Shown here one piece after another: positions 35,717 through 47,701 of a DNA stretch of 64,000 nucleotides; positions within the stretch are counted from its first letter, which is position 1; every line of letters starts with the position of its first letter. The stretch lies in assembly GCA_023205875.1 (NCBI GenBank), contig CP060764.1, forward strand, positions 124,001-188,000, given 5' to 3'. This stretch comes from Chloropicon primus. Lineage: Eukaryota. Made by a program: the position numbers and the translations under genes. The notes beneath the pieces are model-generated. The model saw nothing but the letters and a program-made list of their open reading frames with translations, was not told the DNA's origin and did not search any database.

Positions 35717-36593
35717 TCACCGTGGTGTGTGTGTGTGTGTGTGTGTGTGTGCCCTTCTGCTGCCTCCACGACGACTCCGACCGTCGTTTGAATCAACCAA
35801 GGTACAGACAATTCACCAAGCGATCGAAAAATCAAAAGATGTCGAGAAGAATCTTCGTCTAGTACCCTCTCCTCCCCCTCTCGTCTCCGTCCTCGCCGCC
35901 ACCGTCCTCGACAAGGTGGGCCACTCGGGTGGTTTCTGCTTGGCTTTCCGTCCTCCCAGTCGATCCCTCGACCAATCCGAGCACCAAATAGGTCAATCAA
36001 GGTATCTCTGGAAAGCTCTCGAGATGTAGTTTGCCGTGGTGACGCCTAAACCCCTCAAAAACGACCACCTCTCGTCCAAAAGATCGCAAACACGTTCTCG
36101 CACAGACCCAACCTCCAGAGGTCGCCAAGCCCAGCAGCCGCAACTGGGAAAAAAAGAAAAAGAAGAACAACTTTTCCTGTACACCTTTTTGGCTCCCTAT
36201 GTACACTCGTGTCTACACACTTGTTGTGGAGTGTAGAAATCCCTTGTTAAGGAGGTTTTGAGATCTTGGTTCTCGCCCTAACGCCCTAAGATGGGATTTC
36301 TACACGAAGATTCGCTGCTCTTTTCTGACGGCTGAAACGTGCCGAACGGAGGGACGACGACGACAGAGGATCAAGAGAGGTAAGTGTTTGGGGTTGTGAC
36401 ATCCGAGGGAGGAGGAGTTGGCGAAGGACGACCAGACGATCAGAAGCTTCGTCTCTTTCTCTTTCCGTTGACCCCTATCTTGAAGAAAATGCCGCCATTT
36501 TGTGCATCTTATCCTGACACACATGACGCTCGTCCTTGTCATGCCTCCTCTGTAGACGACTAGATTGCTGCTGCTGCGCATTAGAGAGAGAAG

Positions 36594-37795
36594 ATGTCTG
36601 ACAACTCGGTATGGAAGATCGTCAAGCCGTTCATCAACGGAGGAGCCAGTGGCATGGTCGCCACCTGCTGCATCCAGCCTATTGATATCGTCAAGGTGAG
36701 TCCCTCTCCATCTCGTCCCTCGAGGCCTCCGCTCGGCGACTCTTCTTCTCGTGTGACGAGGGCGCGGGCCACCCCACCCTTTCGAGTCGTAACGCTCCGC
36801 CGTCCCAGAGATCTCGTAACGCCTCCCTCGACTCCTCGAAGTTTGCTCGACTCGAACGACTTTTGTGGGTGGCTGACGATTCTATCTCTTCCTCTTGTCT
36901 CTCTCTCTCTCTTTTCGATGGTGTCGATGTTGATGATGTTGTGGATCAACTTCATCAACATCTTCTTCTTCTTCTTCTTCATCATCATCATCATCATCAA
37001 CGACAACGACAACAGGTGAGGATCCAACTTGGAGCGAACGGAAGTCCACTTGGAATCGCGAGCGGGATCGTGAAGAACGAAGGGTTCTTCACCCTGTACA
37101 AGGGTCTCTCCGCGGGTCTGCTGAGGCAGGCCACCTACACCACCGCTCGTCTCGGTATCTTCAAGACCATCACGGAGGAGGCCAAGAGGATGAACGAGGG
37201 CAAGCCACTCCCACTGTGGCAGAAGGCCGCTTGCGGTCTCACCGCCGGTGGACTGGGATCCCTCGTCGGTTCCCCTGCCGATCTTGCCTTAATCCGTATG
37301 CAGGCAGACGGTACCCTCCCAGTGGACCAGAGGAGAAACTACAGGAACGCCTTCCACTCCCTGTCCTCCATCGTCAAGGAGGACGGAATCGGAGGACTCT
37401 TCGTCGGAGCCGGACCAACCGTGGTCAGGGCCATGGCGCTCAACATGGGTATGCTCGCCTCCAACGACCAGGCCAAGGAGATGTTGGACGCCGCGGGAGT
37501 TACTGGTGCTCCAAAGATTTTCGGTGCCAGTGCTATTGCTGGATTCTTTGCTTCTGCTTTCAGTCTTCCTCTTGATTTCATCAAGACACAGATCCAGAAG
37601 ATGAAGCCTTTGCCTGATGGAACCATGCCATACAAGGGCGCCTTCGACTGCGCCGCCAAGACCATGGCTGAGGGCGGTCCACTCGCGTTCTACAAGGGAT
37701 TCCCCACGTACTACGTCCGTATTGCCCCTCACAGTATGATTACCCTCGTTGTTCTGAACTACATCCAAGAGTTCCAGGACTCCAAGGGCTTCTAA
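36594..37795 (+). CDS. DTC: Mitochondrial dicarboxylate/tricarboxylate (2-oxoglutarate/malate) carrier; intron 36696-37015
   Basis: Three PxDxxKxR carrier repeats, GLSAGLLRQATYTTARLG, PADLALIRMQAD, YYVRIAPH. Confidence 0.95.
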
Positions 37796-38168
37796 GGACG
37801 ACCCGACGACGCGTTACTTTTTAATATATACATCATTCCTTTTTCCTTGCTCTTTTCATCTTCATCTTCATCTTCTTCTTCTTTGGGCCGCCGAGCGAGG
37901 ACGACTTCCGGCAACCGCCAAGACCTTGTGCGGTGGGCCTAAACCTCTCAACCCATCCTTGTCTGGATGCCCCCACCCTCGCGCGTCGGCGTTTCTTCCT
38001 CCTCCCTCCCTCCTTCCCAGAGCCAGAGCCAGAGCCAGAGCCCGTCTCCGCCAGTCACGAGAGAGAGAGATAGAGACAGAGACGTAACGGCTGACAGCGG
38101 GGGTGGTTGTGGAGAGGGAGAGAGAGGGAGGGGGCGGACGACCTCGCTTGACGGTCGCGATAGATACC

Positions 38169-39611
38169 ATGGTCTTCACCGAACTCTTCAGCCATTTTTG
38201 CAGGAGATGCTTGCACAGGGAGGACTACAAGTTCGAGTACGTGAAGAAGAAGTAACTGCTGCTGCTCTCGTTCGCCGTGTGCGTGCGTGCATGTGTGTGC
38301 GAGGATCTGACCTCCTGGGTCCGAGAAGAAGAATTGCGATGCTCCAGGCGCTGACCCTCCGTCCATTTCTTGTTGCTTGTACTCGCAGTGATGAGGTGGA
38401 GGCCAACCTCGAGGAGAACGTTTCGTTCAAACGCTCCAAGCACTCGCCTAGTCAGCACATTTTGTTCGGCTTCAAGGACAGGAACCTGGAGGACGAGTAT
38501 TTGGAGGACCTCGCACGCGTCGGCAAGAGCAGGATCCTCCTGGGTTACTGCGTGTCGGTATTGCTCATCATTGCGGTGCCCTTCCTGGACGCGCTGCAGG
38601 CCATCCCCATCATCCATAGCATCAGCGAACTCGACCAAGAGACCCTAGCAGAGCTGCCGGAGTTTGGTTACAGGAGCGGCCCTTCCTACGAAGTCACACA
38701 AATCCTTCCCACCATGCTGTGCCTGGCCTTCTTCGTCGCAGGCTTCGTCGCGGTGTGCCTCATCTACAGGTGAGTAACCGTCCCCGTGAGTTGGCCCGAG
38801 TTACTTGCAGCTGACGACAAGACCCGTCTCCTTCTCAATCAGGCTTGCCGCTGTGTCGAAGAGGCGAATTTTTGCGGTCACCGGCGTGGTGTTCTTGCTT
38901 TACATTGCGGTGGCCGGTTACGCCTTCTCCAAGTCGTGGAACTTGTGGGACTTTGTGTATGGTGATAACAGCTGGCCCATCTACCTGATCAACTCCGCGA
39001 TGCCCCCACTGCTGAGCCTCTTCTTCATGGGAGTCCCAAGCGCTTTGAACACGGAGGTAAGCAGCATCCCGAGACTCGTGCGGATCGGGTCCACTGACTT
39101 GGGATCTCCCCTCCACACCAGATTCTTTTGTTAGCCTGCCTCACGTTCCTCGTCATCGTCCCTCTGGTTTGCGAGATGTGGGGTCTCGAAAATACGGAGA
39201 ACTGGCGCAGAGCGATCAGCGCCAGGCCAGAGGACGCGGCGATTTGGCTGAACCAAGTTTGCACGGGGGAAATGGAAGCAACTTGCGTGAGGGACTTCGA
39301 GCTCAAGCAGGTCTATCCGTATCTCGTTCTCTGCATTGTTGGTCTCGCCGCAGTGATTGTCGGCTTCATCGCAGATCACTCAAATAGGAGGTAAGCTCGC
39401 ACTCCGCGCCACGGCTGGTGTTGTTGGCTGGGTATCGACTGACTCGACTAAACCTGAACCGAATTCTTTCCCCAGCGCTTTCGTGAACAAGAAAGTCATC
39501 GCGGAGCAGAAGGTCAAGCTGATCCTGAACCACAAGCTCCGGGAGGAGACTTTGGTGAAGGAGCACAAGAAGAAGGAGGACACCATCATCGAAATGTTCG
39601 AGAACTTTTGA
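38169..39611 (+). CDS. Multi-pass membrane protein paralogous to the N-terminal half of the downstream cyclase (copy 1, no catalytic domain), 5 exons
   Basis: LHREDYKF, SPSQHILFGFKDRNLEDEYLE shared with copies 2 and 3. Ends DTIIEMFENF*. Confidence 0.75.
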
Positions 39612-39965
39612 AGAGCATCAAGACCCCCCCTTTATTTTATGTATTCTATGTTTGTAAACCAAGCCGTTCTCTCCCTCTCGTGGTGGTCCAGCAGCTCCGC
39701 CACAGAGAGGACGCACAAGAGAGACAGCATGTGTGTGCGTGTGTGTGTGTCTGTGTGGAGACAGGGAGCATCGTCTTGCCCCTGCCGATGCCCTGTTTGG
39801 TTTGGATCTGCGCCAATCACTAGTGATGATTCATGACCTTTTTCCAAAAGTTTAAAAAAAACGAAACCTTCCGTCCGTGATCTCCGGGGAGCGAGAGGGA
39901 GCATCAAGATAAAAAAGATGAAGTTTCTCCTCACTTGAAGGGTCGATCGACGACGATTGCCGTCC

Positions 39966-42911
39966 GTGAGCAGCAATGGTGGTCCTCGACGTGATAACGC
40001 AGCTGAGCGGCGTCAAGAAGTGGCTCCACAGGGAGGACTTTGACTTCGAGTAAGCGCTCTCTCTCTCTCTTCTTTCTCTTTGTGTTTTTTTTTCGCTGGC
40101 GCTGCCTTTTTTCTGGCAGCTACTGGTAACGTTCGCTTTTCTGACTGACGCCCCAATGTGTTGGTTTCGGATCGCAGGCAGTTTGTCGAGACGAACGTGC
40201 ACGAGGAGAGCGCCTCGTACTTCCTTCAAGCGTCTCCCGCGCAGCACTTTCTCGTTGGGTTCAAGGACAGGAACCTGGAGGACGAGTACCTCGAGAATCT
40301 GGTGGTGTTGTCCAAAGGGAAGTTCCTCTCCGGGTATGCCGTGTCCCTGGGGCTCTTCATACTCGGTCCGCTTGTGGACATGATCCAGGCGTGGCCTCTG
40401 AATAGGATCGACGATCCCAACGTCCACAGTGTTATGGCCAAGGAGGCCGTCCCTACCTTCTGCGCGTTGCTGGTTTTGCTCTTCGGCCTCGTCGCTTGTG
40501 CCGTAGCGTACGAGACAGGTAAGTGCGTCGCCTGGTCTTGGCGTTGGTGCTGGTGTTGCTGTTCGAGTTCGCTCACGAATCGCCGTGGTTGTTTGAATGT
40601 TGTGTCTTCCTGCACAGAGAGCCTGAGGCGACAGCGGCGCGTCATCTTGCAGATCACTGGGGCGGTGTATCTCAGCTACGTCGTCATCATGTCGGTACGT
40701 GAGCCGAGGCTTTGGATCATCAACAAGAAGCACAACTGACTGACTGTCTGCCATTTCTCCCTTGTGTTAGGTTGAGTTCGCCATGCTTGGCAACCTGTGG
40801 TCCTTCTTGTACGGGAAGCAGGGATGGATCTTGAAGGTGAGTTCGATTCTTGGATTCTGATCCGTCACGAGCGTCGAGATTCTGACGATTGTTGGTTCGC
40901 GTCGCGAAGCTCATCTTCTTTGACTTGCCCCCGCTGATCTCGCTCTTGTTCATGAGCCTTCCCACTTTTCTGGTGGGGGAGATAATGTTTTTGGCCATCC
41001 TCAGTTTCAGCGTGATCATTCCCACCGTCCTTGGGTACTGGCAGAGCATGAACGACATCGTGAACAGTGGGATTGAATTCACTCGCTTCTCTCCGTTTTG
41101 GGAAGAGGTAAGCTCATTTTGTGCGCGACGGGATACTGATGCGCCTGCCCTGCATATGCTGTGTCGGCTCTTGTCCTGACTCTTCTTCTTTGCTCGCAGC
41201 TCTGCTCGGACGAAGACCGCCCTGACATCGTGCGCAGCTGCAAAATCGATTACGTGTACAAGATGGCTCTGCCGTACATTTTGGTCAACGCTCTGATGAT
41301 CGCCGTGATCATTGTGAGCGCTCTCTCGGAGGCCACCAACAGGAGGCTCTTCATCTGGAAAAAACTGACTCGAGCGCAGCACAGCAAGATCATCAAGGAC
41401 CACAAGAAGAAAGAGGAAACCATCATCGAGATGTTCCAGAGCTTCTGAGTTGGAAACCAAGATTTCATCCATGTATCAATGTTGTATATCAAACCTTGTA
41501 CAACCCTCCGGATGCTGTGTTCCCCCCAAGGCCAACACCCTCGACTCCTCTCCCTCGATCTCCATCTCTCGCCGTGACCCGAAAATCAAAATCACGCCGA
41601 CTGTGGAGCCTCCATCAATCGAGGTCGACCGGCGGTTGTCGTGAGGCAGCAATGGTGGTCCTCGACGTGATAACGCAGCTTAGCGGCGTCAAGAAGTGGC
41701 TCCACAGGGAGGACTTTGACTTCGAGTAAGCGCTCTCTCTCTCTCTTCTTTCTCTTCGTGTTTTTTTTTTCGCTGGCGCTGCCTTTTTTCTGGCAGTTAC
41801 TGGTAACGTTCGCTTTTCTGACTGACGCCCCAATGTGTTGGTTTCGGATCGCAGGCAGTTTGTCGAGACGAACGTTCCTGAGGAGAGCGCCCCGAACTCC
41901 CTCCAAGCGTCTCCCGCGCAGCACTTTCTCGTTGGGTTCAAGGACAGGAATCTGGAGGACGAGTACCTCGAGAATCTGGTGGTGTTGTCCAAAGGGAAGT
42001 TCCTCTCCGGGTATGCCGTGTCCCTGGGGCTCTTCATACTCGGTCCGCTTGTGGACATGCTCCAGGCGTGGCCTCTGAATAGGATTGACGATCCCAACGT
42101 CCACAGCGTTATCGCCAAGGAGGCCGTCCCTACCTTCTGCGCGTTGCTGGTTTTGCTCTTCGGCCTCGTCGCTTGTGCCGTAGCGTACGAGACAGGTAAG
42201 TGCGTCGCCTGGTCTTGGCGTTGGTGCTGGTTTTGCTGTTCGAGTTCGCTCACGAATCGCCGTGGTTGTTTGAATGTTGTGTCTTCCTGCACAGAGAGCC
42301 TGAGGCGACAGCGGCGCGTCATCTTGCAGATCACTGGTGTAGTGTATCTCAGCTACGTCGTCATCATGTCGATTGAGTTCGCCATGCTTGGCAACCAGTG
42401 GTTCTTCTTGTACGGGAAGGAGGGATGGATCTTGAAGCTCATCTTCTTTGACTTGCCCCCGCTGGCCTCGCTCTTGTTCATGAGCCTTCCCACTTTCCTG
42501 GTGGGGGAGATAATGTTTTTGGCCATCCTCAGTTTCAGCGTGATCATTCCCACCGTCCTTGGGTACTGGCAGAGCATTGCAGACGTCGCGAGACAGGAGG
42601 TTTTGCCGGAGACGTTGACTTACTTTTCAGAATTTTGGAAACAGGTAAGCTCAGTGTGTGTGCCAAGGGAGATTAGCGCTTGGCTCAAGTTTTGTACGCT
42701 CTGGTCCTGACCTTTTCTTGTTTGCTCGCAGGTCTGCACGGACGAAGACCGCCCTGACATCGTGAAGCACTGCAGAGTGGATTACGTGTACAAGATGGTT
42801 CTGCCGTACGTTTTGGTGAACGCTCTGATGATTGCGGTGGTCATTGTGAGCGCTCTCTCGGAGGCCACCAACAGGAGGCTCTTCATCTGGAAAAAAATCA
42901 CTCGAGCGCAG
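39966..42911 (+). repeat. Recent tandem segmental duplication (~39966-41380 vs ~41641-42911)
   Basis: Exons and introns are almost identical by eye, apart from two introns present only in the first unit. Confidence 0.92.
39976..41448 (+). CDS. Multi-pass membrane protein, cyclase-N-terminal paralogue (copy 2, no catalytic domain), 6 exons
   Basis: Near-identical to 41652-42911, including shared introns. Ends ETIIEMFQSF*. Confidence 0.8.
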
Positions 42912-43882
42912 CACGAGAAGGTGGAAAGATGCAAAAAGATGGTGGAGGTGGAAAAGGAAAAGCGGGACGATTTCATTTACAGCATGGTAAGTCTCCCGGG
43001 TGATGCCCCCGTCGTCGATCTGTCAAGCGAATTCTAACTGTCTCTCAATCTCCCTCTGCTTTTCCTCAATCAAAGTTCCCGAGGCCCGTGGCCAAGGAAT
43101 TGATCAAGCACGGAGAGGAGAATGGGAAGGACAACGATCACAACATGACGATCAAGGATGTGGCGCTTGTGCACAATTTGGGTCGCTCCATGGCTTGCAT
43201 GCATAAGGACGTCACGATCTTATTCACGGATATCGTGGGCTTCACGCCTATGGCCAATGCGTGCCAGCCCTACGAGGTGATGCATTTCCTCCACAACCTT
43301 TTCTCTGCGTTCGACGAGCTGATCGAGATGGATATGCACTTGTGGAAGGTCGAGACCGTTGGCGATGCCTTCATGGTCGCCAGCGGCTTGGGAATTATGT
43401 CTGGCAAGGCTGGGAGGGAGCCCGAGGCGCTGGTGGAATTGATCCAATCGCATTCACAAACGTTTTCCATGGATTCGTTCAGCTCAGAAAAGAAGTTGTA
43501 CAGGATCAAGACTGTCAAGTGCTCGGAGAAGAACTGCAACGAGTTTAGTGCCGCACGCGCTGCTGTATTGTTTGGCAAGGCCGCCATAGCAGAGGCGCGT
43601 CTCCACAGCATGCCCAACGGCAAGCCTTGTGCGATCCGAGTCGGTGCTCACACGGGGGACGTCTGCTCTGGTGTCATTGGCACGAGGATGCCAAGGTTTT
43701 GCTTGTTCGGGGATGCCGTGAATACGGCAAGCAGGATGGAGAGCACGAGCTCCGCTAGCAGATTGCACATCACCGAGGCGACCTATGGCCTGGTGTGCGA
43801 CGACCCAGGCTTCACGTTCGAGGACCGGGGCGAGATGGACGTCAAGGGGAAAGGGAAGATGCAGACTTACATGCTCATGTAA
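41652..43882 (+). CDS. Membrane-bound class III nucleotide cyclase, guanylate-cyclase-type (copy 3), 5 exons
   Basis: TM region followed by TILFTDIVGFT, KVETVGDAFM, RVGAHTG, PRFCLFGDAVNTASRMES, VKGKGKMQTY. The E and C specificity residues indicate GTP. Confidence 0.92.
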
Positions 43883-43914
43883 TCTACGATTTTGACTTGG
43901 TCTTGTGTGTGTAC

Positions 43915-45522
43915 TTATTTTGGAAGCGCCTCGCACTTTTTGGGTCTCCTCCTCAAGTCCGAGATGCATGTCTTCACGTGCTGGCCCAAAGGCTTGGAGA
44001 ACTTTTCTTCCATCTCCTCGAGTGGCACGCCCTTTGTCTCTGGGACGAGGCATACAACGAAGGGGATGGCAACGATCAGGAACGAGGCGTAGAACATGAA
44101 TGTGCCGGACACATTCGCGACGTCTGGTCTGATTAGGATCGGCGTGAGGAAAGCGACGATGATATTCGCAGACCAGTTCCCCATCGTGGCCAAGCCAATG
44201 GCCTTTCCCCTGATTCTGATCGGGAAGACCTCGGAAGGAATGATCCACGAGGCCACGGCCCCCCAGGTGCTGGCGTAGTTGGCGATGAAGAAGAGAATCA
44301 GAAAGACGGTCGCGTTCGCCGCCGCCTTGTTCTCGCTGGGATCGATCGTCCACAATATCGCGGCCGCTGCCACCAGCCCAAAGATCATGCCAGAGGCCCC
44401 GGTGAGCAGCAAAGGCTTTCTTCCACCCTTGTCGCTGAAGAAGACGGCCACGAAGGTGAAGACGAAGTTCACGACGCCCACAATCGCGGTCATCGTGATC
44501 CCGGAGAGGCACAAGTTGTCGAAAAGGGTGGCGCTGTACAGCATCAGGGCGTTGATCCCGCTGAACTGGGAGATCGTCGGTATGAAGATTCCAACGAGCA
44601 TGGTCAGCATGAGCTTCCTGCTGAAGAGCTCTGCCCAGCTGCTGTTTTGGGTTTTCACCTCCTCGACCTCCTTCTCGATCTCCAGGACCTCTGCCAGGAG
44701 CACGGACTCCTGATCGCTCCCCCTCAGCTTCCTCAGCACCGCCTTGGCTTCCTCGAGGCGGCCCTTCCACGCGAGGTACCTCGGGGTCTCCGGCATGAAC
44801 AGCATGCCCACCCCCATGAAGAGGGCGATGACGCACTGGCCTCCGAGCGAAATCCTCCAGCCCCAGTCCCGAGGAATGACTTTCTGCACGAAGAGGTTCA
44901 CGCAAAACGCAACGAGGATGCCAAAGGTGATCCCGAGCTGCTGCAGCGTCACGAGGGACCCCCTCAAGCTGGCGGGGCTCACCTCCGCGATGTACAGCGG
45001 CACGACGGTGCTCAAGATCCCGATGCTCAGGCCGCTGACGGCACGCCCGGCGATCATCAGGGCGACCCCGTTGGCCCCCGTCTGGAGCGCGCCTCCCACG
45101 AAGAAAATGATCGTCCCGAGCATGACGGTGGACCACCTCCCGAACCGGTCGGCGCAGTACCCCGCCAGGGGGGACGCGGCGAAGCAGCCGAACATGAACG
45201 CGCTCGTGATCCACCCCTGCTCGAACGACACCTGCACGGGCTCCGGCGGGCGATCCACGCCGCACTCCTCGATCGCCGGGGGCCAGCCCATCGTCTCGCG
45301 GAACCCACCGAGCGTCAGGCACCCCCCGATCACCCCGATGTCGTAGCCGAACAGCAGGCCGCCCACCGCCGCGAGAAGGACCGTCGTGTAAGCGTACGAG
45401 GTCAGCCTCATCGTCGAGACACCACCTCCCCCTCCGCCGTTGCTGCGTTCTTCCTCCTCCATTGCGGGTGAGCCCAACTCGAAGGCCGACCTCTCCACCA
45501 CCCCGTCACCTCCTTCACCCAT
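43915..45522 (-). CDS. MFS sugar porter (STP/HUP-like hexose transporter)
   Basis: GGLLFGYDIG, ADRFGR, PLYIAEVSP..RG, PETPR, QFSGIN, WIIPSEVFP, PETKG.PLEEM. Confidence 0.95.
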   Translation of the reverse strand: MGEGGDGVVERSAFELGSPAMEEEERSNGGGGGGVSTMRLTSYAYTTVLLAAVGGLLFGYDIGVIGGCLTLGGFRETMGWPPAIEECGVDRPPEPVQVSFEQGWITSAFMFGCFAASPLAGYCADRFGRWSTVMLGTIIFFVGGALQTGANGVALMIAGRAVSGLSIGILSTVVPLYIAEVSPASLRGSLVTLQQLGITFGILVAFCVNLFVQKVIPRDWGWRISLGGQCVIALFMGVGMLFMPETPRYLAWKGRLEEAKAVLRKLRGSDQESVLLAEVLEIEKEVEEVKTQNSSWAELFSRKLMLTMLVGIFIPTISQFSGINALMLYSATLFDNLCLSGITMTAIVGVVNFVFTFVAVFFSDKGGRKPLLLTGASGMIFGLVAAAAILWTIDPSENKAAANATVFLILFFIANYASTWGAVASWIIPSEVFPIRIRGKAIGLATMGNWSANIIVAFLTPILIRPDVANVSGTFMFYASFLIVAIPFVVCLVPETKGVPLEEMEEKFSKPLGQHVKTCISDLRRRPKKCEALPK

Positions 45523-45569
45523 CGCGCCGCCCTCGATCGTATACTCCTCCTCGGTCCTCCTCCTCGTCG

Positions 45570-45606
<37 letters not shown>

Positions 45607-45717
45607 TCGATTGATCGCGATCGATCGCGCTCGGTCAACGGCTTCTCTTCTTAGGTAACGTCTAGCTGGCGGTTGAAAAATTGGAAAATCGCTCGGATGT
45701 GGAGGTAGGCGGCGGCG

Positions 45718-46866
45718 ATGCGGATGAAGGGGAAGGGAGGGGGAGGGACGGGGGGACCTCTTGGAGGGAGGAGGAGATTGAGGCTCGTTGCGGTGGTTCT
45801 CGTCGTCGTCGTTGTTCTTGCCTCCGTTTTCCTCCTGCCTCGAACTCCCCGAAGCAGGAGGCTTCGCATCCTCGAGGACTTGTCTCCTGAGCAAAAGTTC
45901 AAAATTTTGGAGTCCTACCTGAGGGACGGCGTGCTGGAGGTGGACGTGGGAAGGGTTCCCGTCATGCTTCCCCTGTTTCGAGAGTTCGAGACCGCGCGGC
46001 GGCACATCCTCGCACCGGGTGCGAGGATGTCGCAGTTCGACAGGAGCTGTAAGGGCATGTTCGAGGACTCCTTGGGGATGGAGGGCGATTTCGATAAGGG
46101 CTCGTACGCGGACAGGGAGCGCAAGTACAAGGTGGACTACATGCCTCGCGAGAGAAAGAAGAGTGGTTTGCAGCCCGTGTGCTTCAAGACTTTGAGGGAG
46201 TGCGACGCGTGGCACGGGGAAGGCTTCGACAGGGGGGAGTGTCGCGAGAAATCAAAGTTGGGCTGCTGCTTCTCGAGCACGGTGCCGGACGCGTGTGCCT
46301 GCTCGTACGATGGGGACGAGGACCTCGCAGGTGTGCTGAGGAGGAGGGGTGGGGACTTGAAGGTCAACAGCAAAATCTCGCGGGGCTTCGTCATCGCGGA
46401 CGAGAGTCTGACGGAGCGCCTGGGGAATTTGTACATCGAGGCGCTCGAGGACCTCGGCCTCAAAGGGGAGGAGAGGCAAAGGAAGATGCTCGGGCACATC
46501 AAGAACTTTGCGTACCTGCCCCCGGAGGGCTTTCTGATGTGGCACACGAACAGGTACGACAATGACGACGTGAGCTACAGGATATACTTTATCGCTTCGG
46601 ACGGAGGCAGGTCGTCCTTCAAGTACTTGAACGAGAGGACCGGGCGGGTGGTGGACGTGCCGGATTTTCACGGGGCTGTCAGAATCTTCACCAACACAAT
46701 GAAAGACGTCGTGAACGGCGAGGAGACCTACCTGTGGCACACCGTCGTCAGCGAGACGGCCCACAGGCTGTCCATGGGGTGGGAGATCCCACCCGACCAG
46801 ATCGTCGCCCTGTTGGACTCTTGCGAAGGGTGCTGGGCGACGGTGCTGGGCAAACGGGCGCAGTAA
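45718..46866 (+). CDS. Type II membrane protein with a C-terminal cupin/2OG-oxygenase-like domain
   Basis: N-terminal TM (LVAVVLVVVVVLASVFLL), then YLPPEGFLMWHTN...LWHTV.SET.HRLSMGW. Confidence 0.65.
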   Translation: MRMKGKGGGGTGGPLGGRRRLRLVAVVLVVVVVLASVFLLPRTPRSRRLRILEDLSPEQKFKILESYLRDGVLEVDVGRVPVMLPLFREFETARRHILAPGARMSQFDRSCKGMFEDSLGMEGDFDKGSYADRERKYKVDYMPRERKKSGLQPVCFKTLRECDAWHGEGFDRGECREKSKLGCCFSSTVPDACACSYDGDEDLAGVLRRRGGDLKVNSKISRGFVIADESLTERLGNLYIEALEDLGLKGEERQRKMLGHIKNFAYLPPEGFLMWHTNRYDNDDVSYRIYFIASDGGRSSFKYLNERTGRVVDVPDFHGAVRIFTNTMKDVVNGEETYLWHTVVSETAHRLSMGWEIPPDQIVALLDSCEGCWATVLGKRAQ

Positions 46867-46988
46867 ACCCTCAAGCGAATCATCGGTCGGGGGGCGGGGA
46901 GCCCACAATTTTGTTTTTTTGCTTCGTAAAGGAGAGGTATAATAGTATTACAGTTTTGGTGAGGAAAATTGTCTTGACCCCCACCCCC

Positions 46989-47701
46989 CTAGTCGAAGGC
47001 ATAGCCCGCGAGGAAGAGTCCGAAGAAGACCAGCAGGGATCCATAAATCAGCAAGAGCTTCTGGTCTCCCGTCATCGTGTTCGTTCCCAGTCCGTACTTC
47101 TGGTTCTCGGCAAACCCCGCTATGGTCTTGGTCTGATTCTCGAAGCCGCTCTTCGGTCCCCCGCAGATGGGGCAAGTGTAGTCCGCCGGAAGCTGAGAGA
47201 AGGTGATTCCGGGTGAGATGGGCCAATCTGGATCGCCCTTGTTCCTGTCGTACTGGTATCCGCAGCCCGTGCAGTTGGCCAGCCCCAGGTCCATCACCAT
47301 GAACCGCTCTTGAGCTCGAAGCTGTTCCGCTTCCGAGAGTTCCTCGGAGCTAAACTCGTCAGGCTCCTGGAAACAGTGAGTTGAGAGAAGAGAAAGTTAT
47401 CGCGGCGACACGAAGCGACACGGAACGACACGCTTGTTGTGTTAGGCACGGGTCGAATTCACGTCACGGCGTTCTTCTCACCTGTGGGACCACTTCAGAC
47501 CCCCCTTCGATGTCTTCACCCGCTCTTCGCCTGGTGAACCTCGCTCGCTTCGCGTAGGGGCGTTGGCTCCTCTGGCCTCCCGTCCCGCGCGATGGAGTCA
47601 CGGAGGCCCTCACAACCTGCGCACAGGAACACGAGAGGTGCAAGGAAAAACGCCGCGCCACGTCGTCAGGAAAAAGGACAACTCCCGCATCATATCACCA
47701 T
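46989..47701 (-). CDS. RBD1: Thylakoid rubredoxin with C-terminal TM anchor (RBD1/RubA type), 3 exons; start tentative
   Basis: CTGCGYQY...[34 protein letters not shown]. Confidence 0.9.
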
